Assembly (NCBI GenBank): GCA_031275285.1
Contig: JAISOY010000211.1
Span: 17,318 to 81,317 of the forward strand
Source: Bacteroidales bacterium
GTDB taxonomy: Bacteria > Bacteroidota > Bacteroidia > Bacteroidales > UBA4181
DNA: 64,000 bases
Direction of reading: 5' to 3'
Made by a program: the position numbers and the translations under genes. Below, in pieces: positions 56,323 through 64,000 of this stretch. Position 1 is the first letter of the stretch, and every line of letters begins with the position of its first letter. The notes beneath the pieces were generated by a model, which ran no database searches, was not told the DNA's origin, and saw only the letters and a program-made list of their open reading frames with translations.

Positions 56323-58176
56323 ATGAAAAAAAATAATTATATCATTATCCTGTTCATAGGAATACTTTTCTCGTCATGCCTTGATGATTATCTGGACCGT
56401 GCACCTGAATCCGGAATGACCACCGAAGATGTCTTTTCAAAATATGAAAATTACAAGTTATTTTTCGATGCGGTATATGAAGGAACCAGTAAAGACGATC
56501 CTTCCCAGCCGAATAACTGGCATGAGTTCAATATAAAGACGAGCTATAACCTGTATTTAACACAAAGCGACTTACGAAGTACCTGGGAAGGTTTGACCGA
56601 AACGGCAGATATGGGCCGTATTAACCGTCAGGCCATTAAAATGGGGGAAATAGAGGCCAATCTTCAATGGTTTACTACACATCGTGTAGCCCCTATATTG
56701 AATTCTATGTTCAAGGTGATTCGTATCTGTAATGTTTCCTTAAAAAACATTGAGATGTTGACTGATGCGGATAAAGAAACCATCGATGATTTTAAGGGTC
56801 AGGCACATTTCGTAAGGGCTTATGCTCATTTTGCATTATTCAGGCTTTGGGGCAGGATGCCCTATATCGATAATGTGATCAGCGGTGATGACCAGTGGGA
56901 TCTTCCCCGGCTGAGTAATAATGAAACTTTATTACGGATAGCTGAAGATCTGGATACGGCAGCCTACTATTTCGGAATGGCAGGAAAAATGCGCCGTGAT
57001 CCGGGCCCCGGTGGACAGGGTCACTTAAATGATCCGGAGCAATGGAGACCTAACGGAGTAGCTGCGAAATCGCTGAAAGGAAGAGTATTGTTATATGCTG
57101 CCAGCCCGTTGAGTAATGTAAAGGGTAATACCGATTGGGAAAGTGCAGCTGTGGCCTGTTGGGAAGCCATAGAGCTTGCCGAACAGCATGAGTATGCTTT
57201 GCTATCCGCAGCTGATTACAAAAGTAATTTCGTAGGTGCCAAATACACCAATGAACAGATATGGGCGTGGAATTATGGGACTGCAAATTATTCCAACAGG
57301 ATACAGACCCAATTACTCAACAATGTGCTTCGTAACAATTCGACAAGCCCGTCACCGGAATGTCCCACTCAGAATATGGTCGACCGGTATGAAACAGCAT
57401 CAGGTGATCCTTTATTTACCCAGGCCGAAAGGGCAGAGGCCATCGCAAAAGGAACTTATAAGGAGCAGGATCCTTACGCTAACCGGGATCCGAGATTTTA
57501 TCTCAGCATCCTTTATAATACTGCTCCTGTTACCGGATTCGGAACTGCCAAAATTTATTACGAAATGGTCAATGGAGTGAGGGTCAATGGTGAAATGTTG
57601 AATTTCGGCACTCATACAGGAGTCACACAAACCGGTTATTATCAGGCAAAATACTGGGGCGGACAAAGTGTGAAAAATAACATAAGCACTCATTATACCG
57701 ATCCTTTAATTCGTTTAGCTGAACTTTATCTGAACTATGCGGAAGCAGCCAATGAGGCCTACGGACCTAACGGGAAGGCGCCTGGAGCTGCTTTGTCGGC
57801 TGTTGAGGCGGTAAATAAAGTCAGGAACAGGATAGGAATGGTTTCTGTCCAGGATAGATTTACCACATCCACCGAATTATTCAGGGAACGTATCAAAAAT
57901 GAAAGGACAGTGGAACTTTATGGGGAAGGCCATCACTTTTATGACATCCGTCGCTGGAAAGACGCTCCCAGACTGATGAACGAAAAATCCAGAAGAATGG
58001 ATATAGAAAAGGTGCCTGTCAGCGCAGAATATCCCACAGGGTACAAGTATGATGCCACTAAAGAATTACCTGCAGAAAGACAGGTACGGTGGAAATCTGA
58101 TGCCATGTATTATTTTCCTTTTCCGATTTCAGAGGAAAACAAAATGAAAGTGTTTGAACCCAATCCACGTTGGTAA
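56323..58176 (+). CDS. RagB/SusD-family nutrient-binding outer-membrane lipoprotein
   Basis: Lipobox LFSSCLDDYLD, and SusD hallmarks (AYAHFALFRLWG, RLAELYLNYAEA, ERTVELYGEGHHFYDIRRW). Confidence 0.93.
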   Translation: MKKNNYIIILFIGILFSSCLDDYLDRAPESGMTTEDVFSKYENYKLFFDAVYEGTSKDDPSQPNNWHEFNIKTSYNLYLTQSDLRSTWEGLTETADMGRINRQAIKMGEIEANLQWFTTHRVAPILNSMFKVIRICNVSLKNIEMLTDADKETIDDFKGQAHFVRAYAHFALFRLWGRMPYIDNVISGDDQWDLPRLSNNETLLRIAEDLDTAAYYFGMAGKMRRDPGPGGQGHLNDPEQWRPNGVAAKSLKGRVLLYAASPLSNVKGNTDWESAAVACWEAIELAEQHEYALLSAADYKSNFVGAKYTNEQIWAWNYGTANYSNRIQTQLLNNVLRNNSTSPSPECPTQNMVDRYETASGDPLFTQAERAEAIAKGTYKEQDPYANRDPRFYLSILYNTAPVTGFGTAKIYYEMVNGVRVNGEMLNFGTHTGVTQTGYYQAKYWGGQSVKNNISTHYTDPLIRLAELYLNYAEAANEAYGPNGKAPGAALSAVEAVNKVRNRIGMVSVQDRFTTSTELFRERIKNERTVELYGEGHHFYDIRRWKDAPRLMNEKSRRMDIEKVPVSAEYPTGYKYDATKELPAERQVRWKSDAMYYFPFPISEENKMKVFEPNPRW

Positions 58177-58190
58177 AAAATTGATCAAAT

Positions 58191-61100
58191 ATGAAAATAA
58201 ATATATCAGCCCATTTAAAGGTTTTTATCGTGCTTTTGCTCTGTACGGTGTCTGTAAAAACATTACCGGCCCAGAACAAAAAGGGAAAAGCCGTACTAAA
58301 GGAATACAGTTTAACTGTAAAAGATGAAGCAGGCAGAATGCTGGACGGAGTCCAGCTGATAGTCGGCGAAGGGATCTTTCATGCCCGTTCCGATCAATCC
58401 GGAATGATTAACTTCAGTGCTTATAGTGATGATTTTATCACGATCCATAAGTATGGATTCGGAAAGGAAGTATATGCTGTCGATCATCTTCCCGAAGATG
58501 GAGTGGTCATACTGACCGAGGCAAAATTATTTAAAAGTGACGATGATAATGTTCCGCTGCCATTGACTACTTTTAAGAAAAGGGACCTTACAAGTAGTGA
58601 TTTTGTATTACGGGGTGATCAGCTGGAAAAATATCCCTCCTCGGATTTACGCAATGCGCTTACAGGATTGGTTCCGGGACTGGATATAATTGAAAACAAT
58701 GGCGCCCCGGGAGTTTCTGTTGTGGCCTCAAGTCGTGTATCTACATCATTGAGGAACTACAGTCCATTGTATATAGTGGATGGAATGGAAGTGAACATCC
58801 TGGAAATGCCGCTTGATCCGCAGGAGATAGAAACCGTTACCGTAGTAAAGGATATTGTAACGAAAGCCATGTATGGACCGAAGGCCGCGAATGGAATCAT
58901 TTACATAGAGACAAAACGCGGCAAACAGAATGAAAGGTTCCTGGATGTCGAAGTAGAATCCGGTGTAAATGTGGTCGATCGTTTTCCCGAATGGGTATCT
59001 GGTGCCGATTACGCCCGGTTAAATAACCAGGCAAGAAGGAACAGTAATATGGAGCCGTTATATAGTGAGGCGGATATCGATGCATATGCAAAAAACGATC
59101 CTTATGATTTGTATCATCCAAGCATTAATTTTAAGGAAATGTTATGGAAAGACACACGTCCATTTACACGGGCCAATGTTTCAGCCGGTGGTGGGAATGA
59201 CAGGGTGCGATATTTTGCATATCTTGGATACAACGGGGAAGGAGATAACTTTAAAGTAGGATCCAAATCCGATTATAACAGGATCAATGCACGTTCAAAT
59301 ATAGATATCAAAATCACGGATCACATGAAGGTAGGACTTGGTATATACGGAGGAGTAACGATCAACAGGGCACCCAATTATTCCAATACTGCCAAAGCCA
59401 TTGAAATGGACGGTTTACTGAACGATATCACCACTACGCCGCCTATTGCTTACCCGGTATATGCGTATTATGATGAAAAGAACGATAATCCATGGTACGG
59501 TGTTTCGACCAATTATGAGAGAAACCATATCGGAGACCTCGAGTCTTGCGGGTACTATAATGAGCTGACACGAACAAGCGCAGCAAATATAAATCTTGAC
59601 TATGATTTCTCCCAGTTTGTTCCAGGATTAAAATCACGTACGTTCTTGTCATTTAATTTATTGAACCTGACAAGAATAGGGAAGGTGAACGAATATATTG
59701 CCTATACCGCAACTCCTTCACTTACCTCAGAGGGCAATGATACCATATTATTAGCGAAAGTACATGATGGAGTGGACAATACAGACCAGGAAAGGATACT
59801 GTCCTATTATTACCAGCGGTTATCTTTTTATGAATCCCTGTCCTATGACAAATCTTTCGGGGATCATGATCTTCAACTGGGTTTGACTTATTTCCTGTTT
59901 AATGGGATGAAAGATGCCGTTCGGGAACCGGACCGTCAGCAAAATGGTATTTTTACCGCCGGCTATACCTTCCGTGATAAATATTCCGTACAGGGAGTAT
60001 TGAACTATGCGGGAACATCCAGTTTTGACAAAAACAAGAGATACAAAGTCTTTCCATCCCTGGGTATCGGCTGGGTGATCTCAGATGAGTATTTCATGCA
60101 GGATATCGGGTTCCTCGATTTTCTGAAGATACGTGCCAGCGCAGGTATCCTGGGATATGACGGGCTATCCACCGCTTTTTATTATCAGGACAGATGGTCT
60201 ACAGCCACAGGTGCGGCATTTGGCCCGCATAGCGCCAACCAGTGGTTCGGTTCTGATACCGAAGCAACAGTAAGGCGCGCTTATCCTAACAGGATCGCCA
60301 ATTACGGTCTCTCCTGGGAAAAAAGAAAAGAATTCACTGCGGGACTGGAAGCTCTTTTATTCGACCGCAAATTGTATGTCGAATTTAATTATTATAACAA
60401 TACCCGGGATGGGATCATTGCCAAAATGGAGAATATGGTACCCTATGTAATGGGTATTTCAACAGCAAGTCCCTGGTATAATTATGATAAATATCGTTAT
60501 CATGGGGTCGAGTTCAATCTATCCTATTCGGGAAGTGCCGGTGATTTCAAATACAGGATCGGAGGAAATGCCAATATCCGAAACAGCAAGGTGTTGAAAA
60601 TAGATGAACCCAATTACGGTGAGTCATACCGTTCGAAAGTAGGAGAACCTGTCGATGCGATTTTCGGCTATACATGGCTTGGCCGTTATTCGAGTGATGC
60701 CGAGGCACAGGCAGTCATTCAGACTTTTGATGAGACCCTGCGTACCGGAGACCTGAAATATCAGGATAAAAACACCGACAATGTCATTGATGAAAATGAC
60801 CAGAGCGTTATAGGGCGTTCTGATCCTCGTTTGATATATGGTCTGGATATACAACTGAGTTATAAGAATTTTGAACTTTTTGCCCTGGGTTCAGGACGGG
60901 CTTTTTATGATATTGAGAAAACCAACCGTTATTTTCAGAGCGGGACGGGAGACAATACTTACTCGAAATATGTTATGGATAATATCGATGGAGACTATCC
61001 CCGTCTGACCTATCAAAAAGTAAACAATAACTTTTTGAAATCTGATTTTTGGCTGACCAGTGGTAATTTTTTCAAATTACAGAATGTGGAATTTGCTTAT

Positions 61101-61280
61101 AACCTGTTTCTCAAAAACAACAGAGTGCTGGGGATACAACGGGTCAGGTTCTACCTGCGTGGAGCAAACCTGTTTACCATATCCGGATTAAAAGATGTGG
61201 ATCCTGAATCAATTAGTTCTGGAATCAATGCTTATCCGTTGTTCCGGACTTTTACAGGTGGTATTAAAGTAACTTTTTAA
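58191..61280 (+). CDS. SusC/RagA-family TonB-dependent receptor (second copy, no STN domain)
   Basis: Signal peptide, CarboxypepD_reg-like domain, plug (IVDGMEV, GPKAANGIIYIETKRG), 22-strand barrel length, and C-terminal KVTF. Confidence 0.92.
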   Translation: MKINISAHLKVFIVLLLCTVSVKTLPAQNKKGKAVLKEYSLTVKDEAGRMLDGVQLIVGEGIFHARSDQSGMINFSAYSDDFITIHKYGFGKEVYAVDHLPEDGVVILTEAKLFKSDDDNVPLPLTTFKKRDLTSSDFVLRGDQLEKYPSSDLRNALTGLVPGLDIIENNGAPGVSVVASSRVSTSLRNYSPLYIVDGMEVNILEMPLDPQEIETVTVVKDIVTKAMYGPKAANGIIYIETKRGKQNERFLDVEVESGVNVVDRFPEWVSGADYARLNNQARRNSNMEPLYSEADIDAYAKNDPYDLYHPSINFKEMLWKDTRPFTRANVSAGGGNDRVRYFAYLGYNGEGDNFKVGSKSDYNRINARSNIDIKITDHMKVGLGIYGGVTINRAPNYSNTAKAIEMDGLLNDITTTPPIAYPVYAYYDEKNDNPWYGVSTNYERNHIGDLESCGYYNELTRTSAANINLDYDFSQFVPGLKSRTFLSFNLLNLTRIGKVNEYIAYTATPSLTSEGNDTILLAKVHDGVDNTDQERILSYYYQRLSFYESLSYDKSFGDHDLQLGLTYFLFNGMKDAVREPDRQQNGIFTAGYTFRDKYSVQGVLNYAGTSSFDKNKRYKVFPSLGIGWVISDEYFMQDIGFLDFLKIRASAGILGYDGLSTAFYYQDRWSTATGAAFGPHSANQWFGSDTEATVRRAYPNRIANYGLSWEKRKEFTAGLEALLFDRKLYVEFNYYNNTRDGIIAKMENMVPYVMGISTASPWYNYDKYRYHGVEFNLSYSGSAGDFKYRIGGNANIRNSKVLKIDEPNYGESYRSKVGEPVDAIFGYTWLGRYSSDAEAQAVIQTFDETLRTGDLKYQDKNTDNVIDENDQSVIGRSDPRLIYGLDIQLSYKNFELFALGSGRAFYDIEKTNRYFQSGTGDNTYSKYVMDNIDGDYPRLTYQKVNNNFLKSDFWLTSGNFFKLQNVEFAYNLFLKNNRVLGIQRVRFYLRGANLFTISGLKDVDPESISSGINAYPLFRTFTGGIKVTF

Positions 61281-61284
61281 TAGG

Positions 61285-63093
61285 ATGATGATGAAAAAGA
61301 TGAAAATAATAAACCTTTGGGTAATGATAGGAATGCTGGTTTCATGCAATGATTTTATGGAACCTTACCCCAATGGAGGATATACTACGGATGATATCTG
61401 GGATTACCAGGCAATGGTACAAGGCCTGATCGGAGAATGCTATGAAAGTAGTTATCTGCCCCGGAATTATAATAATAATGAAGGAACTTATCTTGACGGA
61501 GCTACGGATGATGCTGTAATTACCAGTACTACCCATAATATCCGCCGGCTGGCGGTAGGGGCGCTTCCCTCTTCTTCCGATCCTTTTCTGACATACTGGG
61601 ACAGAGGGTATAAAGGTATTTTCCTGGTCAATACTTTTTTGAAAGACCGGAACGGTTATCATACCCGTTTTATGGTCGATGAACATAAAAACAACCTGAT
61701 CCGTACCCGTTTGCAGGGCGAAGCTTTTGCTTTGAGAGCCTGGTTTTTATGGGATCTATTGCAGAAATTCGGTGGCAAAGGAATGAACGGCGAGATGCTG
61801 GGTGTCCCTATCCTGCTCGAACCGGTAGATATGGAAGAGGCAGAAGGGTTGACGCGTAATACATATGATGAATGCGTACAACAGATACTCTCCGATTGTG
61901 ATTCTGCATTTAAATATCTTCCTATAGCACACCGCGATTTCCTGGTTACCGATGACGCAGATAAAGCCCTTGCCGGCTCGCGTTATTGGGGACGTTTTGA
62001 CGGTATCACCACCAGGGCTATAAAGGCAAATGTATACCTGACCTGGGCAAGCCCCAGGTTTAATCCGGGAAATATCGCAGCAAGGTGGGATTCAGCTGCA
62101 GTAAATGCAAAGAAGGTGATGGATTTTAAGGAAAATGTAGATGGTATAGTCGCGAACGGCTTCAATAAAAGCACGGGAGTGAATTGGGTGAATCCTAATT
62201 TTCCGGGCATCGTATTTACATCACGTTATAATAACGCCAATGATGCCATGGAAAAAATGTTTTATCCGGGAGGTTTTCAGGGTAATGGTAACATAGGAGC
62301 CACCCAGGACCTGGTGGATGCTTTTCCCATGAGTAATGGTTATCCTAAAGACCACCCTCTTGGTGCGGCATTATATGATCCGCAAAATCCTTATGCGAAC
62401 AGGGATCCCCGGTTTTACAGTATTATTTTCCATAATCAGGCACAGGCAAAGAAGAATAATACGGGCGCTGTGATGTATACTTTTGAAAATTGGGATGGGG
62501 CCAAGGATGCTCCCGGACCGATCAACAACAGCCGTACTAATTACCACATCAAAAAATTTGTTTTTATGGGGTTGAACTGGTCGGAAAATAATCCCAATAA
62601 ACAACCTCATTCGAAATTCTTCATCCGTTGGGCGCATATGTGCCTGGCTTTTGCCGAAGCCGCCAACCATGTAGCTGGTCCTACCGATGCATCGAAATAC
62701 GGGATATCGGCAAAAGACGCCATTGCATACCTGCGGTCGCGGAAAACATATGACAATGCTGATGGCTTCCTTTCGGATCCCTACCTTGACGAAGTCGCAG
62801 GGCAGGGAAAAGATGCCTTCAATGAATTTATCAGGAACGAACGCAGGTTGGAAACCTGTTTCGAAGGAATACGCTTTTTCGATCTTCGCAGATGGTCTAC
62901 AGACGTCGAGACACTGAACAAACCGGTACATATGGCTAAGATCACCCGTAATACAGATGACACCTTTACCTATGATCTGGGCCAGGAAGTCGAATCGCGT
63001 GTGTTCCGTTCGGCTTATCTTCCGATTCCTTACCAGGAAATGTTAAGAATGGGTAACCTGATCCAGAATGAAGGCTGGGATAATTGGAAATAA
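61285..63093 (+). CDS. RagB/SusD-family nutrient-binding outer-membrane lipoprotein (second copy)
   Basis: Lipobox MLVSCNDF, GEAFALRAWFLWDLLQKFGG, RWAHMCLAFAEAAN, ERRLETCFEGIRFFDLRRW. Confidence 0.92.
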   Translation: MMMKKMKIINLWVMIGMLVSCNDFMEPYPNGGYTTDDIWDYQAMVQGLIGECYESSYLPRNYNNNEGTYLDGATDDAVITSTTHNIRRLAVGALPSSSDPFLTYWDRGYKGIFLVNTFLKDRNGYHTRFMVDEHKNNLIRTRLQGEAFALRAWFLWDLLQKFGGKGMNGEMLGVPILLEPVDMEEAEGLTRNTYDECVQQILSDCDSAFKYLPIAHRDFLVTDDADKALAGSRYWGRFDGITTRAIKANVYLTWASPRFNPGNIAARWDSAAVNAKKVMDFKENVDGIVANGFNKSTGVNWVNPNFPGIVFTSRYNNANDAMEKMFYPGGFQGNGNIGATQDLVDAFPMSNGYPKDHPLGAALYDPQNPYANRDPRFYSIIFHNQAQAKKNNTGAVMYTFENWDGAKDAPGPINNSRTNYHIKKFVFMGLNWSENNPNKQPHSKFFIRWAHMCLAFAEAANHVAGPTDASKYGISAKDAIAYLRSRKTYDNADGFLSDPYLDEVAGQGKDAFNEFIRNERRLETCFEGIRFFDLRRWSTDVETLNKPVHMAKITRNTDDTFTYDLGQEVESRVFRSAYLPIPYQEMLRMGNLIQNEGWDNWK

Positions 63094-63119
63094 AATATTA
63101 ATGTAATTTATCGAATAAA

Positions 63120-64000
63120 ATGAAAAAAATATTTTTCCTGATCATTTCTGTCATGTTGTTTTCATGTTATGATGATTATATTCATGATTATGACTATGAC
63201 GCGATATATTTTACCAATCAGATCAATGTACGTACTTTTGTTGTAGGCGAAGGAATGCAGATACAAACAGGCGTTGCATTGGGGGGTGTCCGTGAAAACG
63301 ATAGGGACCGGAATGTCGAATTTGTATTGAACAACGATCTTTTCATATCCAAAGGGATCTTTCAAAGTATGAAAACAGGTGTCGATCATGTGAAAGGATT
63401 CGTTTCCGATACACTATTACCCATGCCTGCCGATTTTTATACCCTGAGCGATCCGGTTAAGATGACGATCAGATCCGGAGATCATAAAGGGATGATCACC
63501 ATCAAAGCAGATTCTGCAAAGTTTTTGTCGGACGCGAAAACTTTACGCGCTCATTATGCCATTCCGTTTTATATCACAAATGCTGATGCAGACTCTGTCC
63601 TCACTGCCAAGAGATATTCCGTAATCGGGTTAAGGTATGAGAACATGTTGTTCGGAAATTATTGGCATGGAGGTGAAACCGTGGTTAAAGATGCTTCAGG
63701 TACTATAGTGGAAACCATCAAATATTACACGGCTATACCCTCACCGGAAGCAAAAGTGATGAACCTGACGACTGTCGGTCCTCATTCGCTGGTTACCAGT
63801 AAAATTAGCGATGTGGCGGGATCATTCAAAATTACTTTAGATGGCGATAATATCTTGGTAAGTCAGGCCGACGGGTCGGGTGTGGAAGTACTCCCGGATG
63901 GTGAAAGCAAGTTCAATCGTTCCAGATTGCTTCAGGACAGGAAGATCTTCCTGAAATATAAATACGACAATGGCGACGGGACAACATCCTATGCTACCGA
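63120..64000 (+). CDS. DUF1735-like (BT_3987-type) PUL-associated surface lipoprotein, 3' end outside the window
   Basis: Translated by hand from the ATG at 63120: MKKIFFLIISVMLFSCYDDYIHDYDYDAIYF...VEFVLNND...ADFYTL...GMITIKADSAKF...YAIPFYITNAD...RYSVIGLRYENMLFGNYWHGG. The frame stays open to the window end. It is absent from the ORF track because it has no stop. Confidence 0.7.
   Translation, partial: MKKIFFLIISVMLFSCYDDYIHDYDYDAIYFTNQINVRTFVVGEGMQIQTGVALGGVRENDRDRNVEFVLNNDLFISKGIFQSMKTGVDHVKGFVSDTLLPMPADFYTLSDPVKMTIRSGDHKGMITIKADSAKFLSDAKTLRAHYAIPFYITNADADSVLTAKRYSVIGLRYENMLFGNYWHGGETVVKDASGTIVETIKYYTAIPSPEAKVMNLTTVGPHSLVTSKISDVAGSFKITLDGDNILVSQADGSGVEVLPDGESKFNRSRLLQDRKIFLKYKYDNGDGTTSYAT

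Noticed and set aside
55691-56323. 210-aa minus-strand ORF at the end of SusC1
   Set aside because: It is antisense to the SusC barrel-coding region and has no recognisable domain.
62371-62931. 186-aa minus-strand ORF inside SusD2
   Set aside because: It is an antisense shadow ORF within a strongly supported SusD CDS.
1-64000. tRNA/rRNA genes, transposases, integrases, phage or conjugation genes, toxin-antitoxin pairs other than Fic
   Set aside because: I scanned the intergenic regions and the ORF translations. I saw no T-loop-like GGTTCGA(A/T)TCC contexts, no DDE or tyrosine-recombinase motifs and no rRNA-like conserved blocks. Absence judged by eye is not proof.

Overview
The window looks like a chromosomal segment of a Bacteroidota organism, probably Bacteroidales-like. 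The evidence is SusC/SusD pairs, an ECF sigma/FecR pair, type III glutamine synthetase, the DapL route to lysine, many lipoprotein signal peptides, and TAnnTTTG -7 promoter boxes. No rRNA, tRNA, CRISPR array, transposase or integrase was recognised. Most of the window is housekeeping: folK, secDF, pgi, manA, folA, nagA, dapF, dapL, glnB-amtB-asnA-glnA(III), deoC, dxs and xseA.

Five regions are more interesting:
1. 31.5-35.4 kb holds a compact two-gene exosortase system. A polytopic VIT-domain protein carries its own PEP-CTERM tail, and an exosortase fused to an EpsI-like domain follows it directly.
2. 0.7-4.6 kb holds an operon for a membrane-anchored HdrA/HdrC/HdrD-like iron-sulfur flavoprotein complex plus an MBL-fold protein.
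3. Four co-oriented arrays of roughly 8-nt units ending in AAGT occur in the window. One pair brackets dapL and the other brackets a Fic gene.
4. 37.2-42.0 kb holds a SpoIIM/DUF4129/DUF4350/MoxR envelope cluster with no DUF58 or VWA partner next to it.
5. From 50.9 kb to the window end there is an ECF-sigma/anti-sigma controlled PUL with two tandem SusC/SusD pairs.

All family assignments come from reading motifs in the supplied translations. No HMM, BLAST or RNA folding was run, and no GC values were computed.
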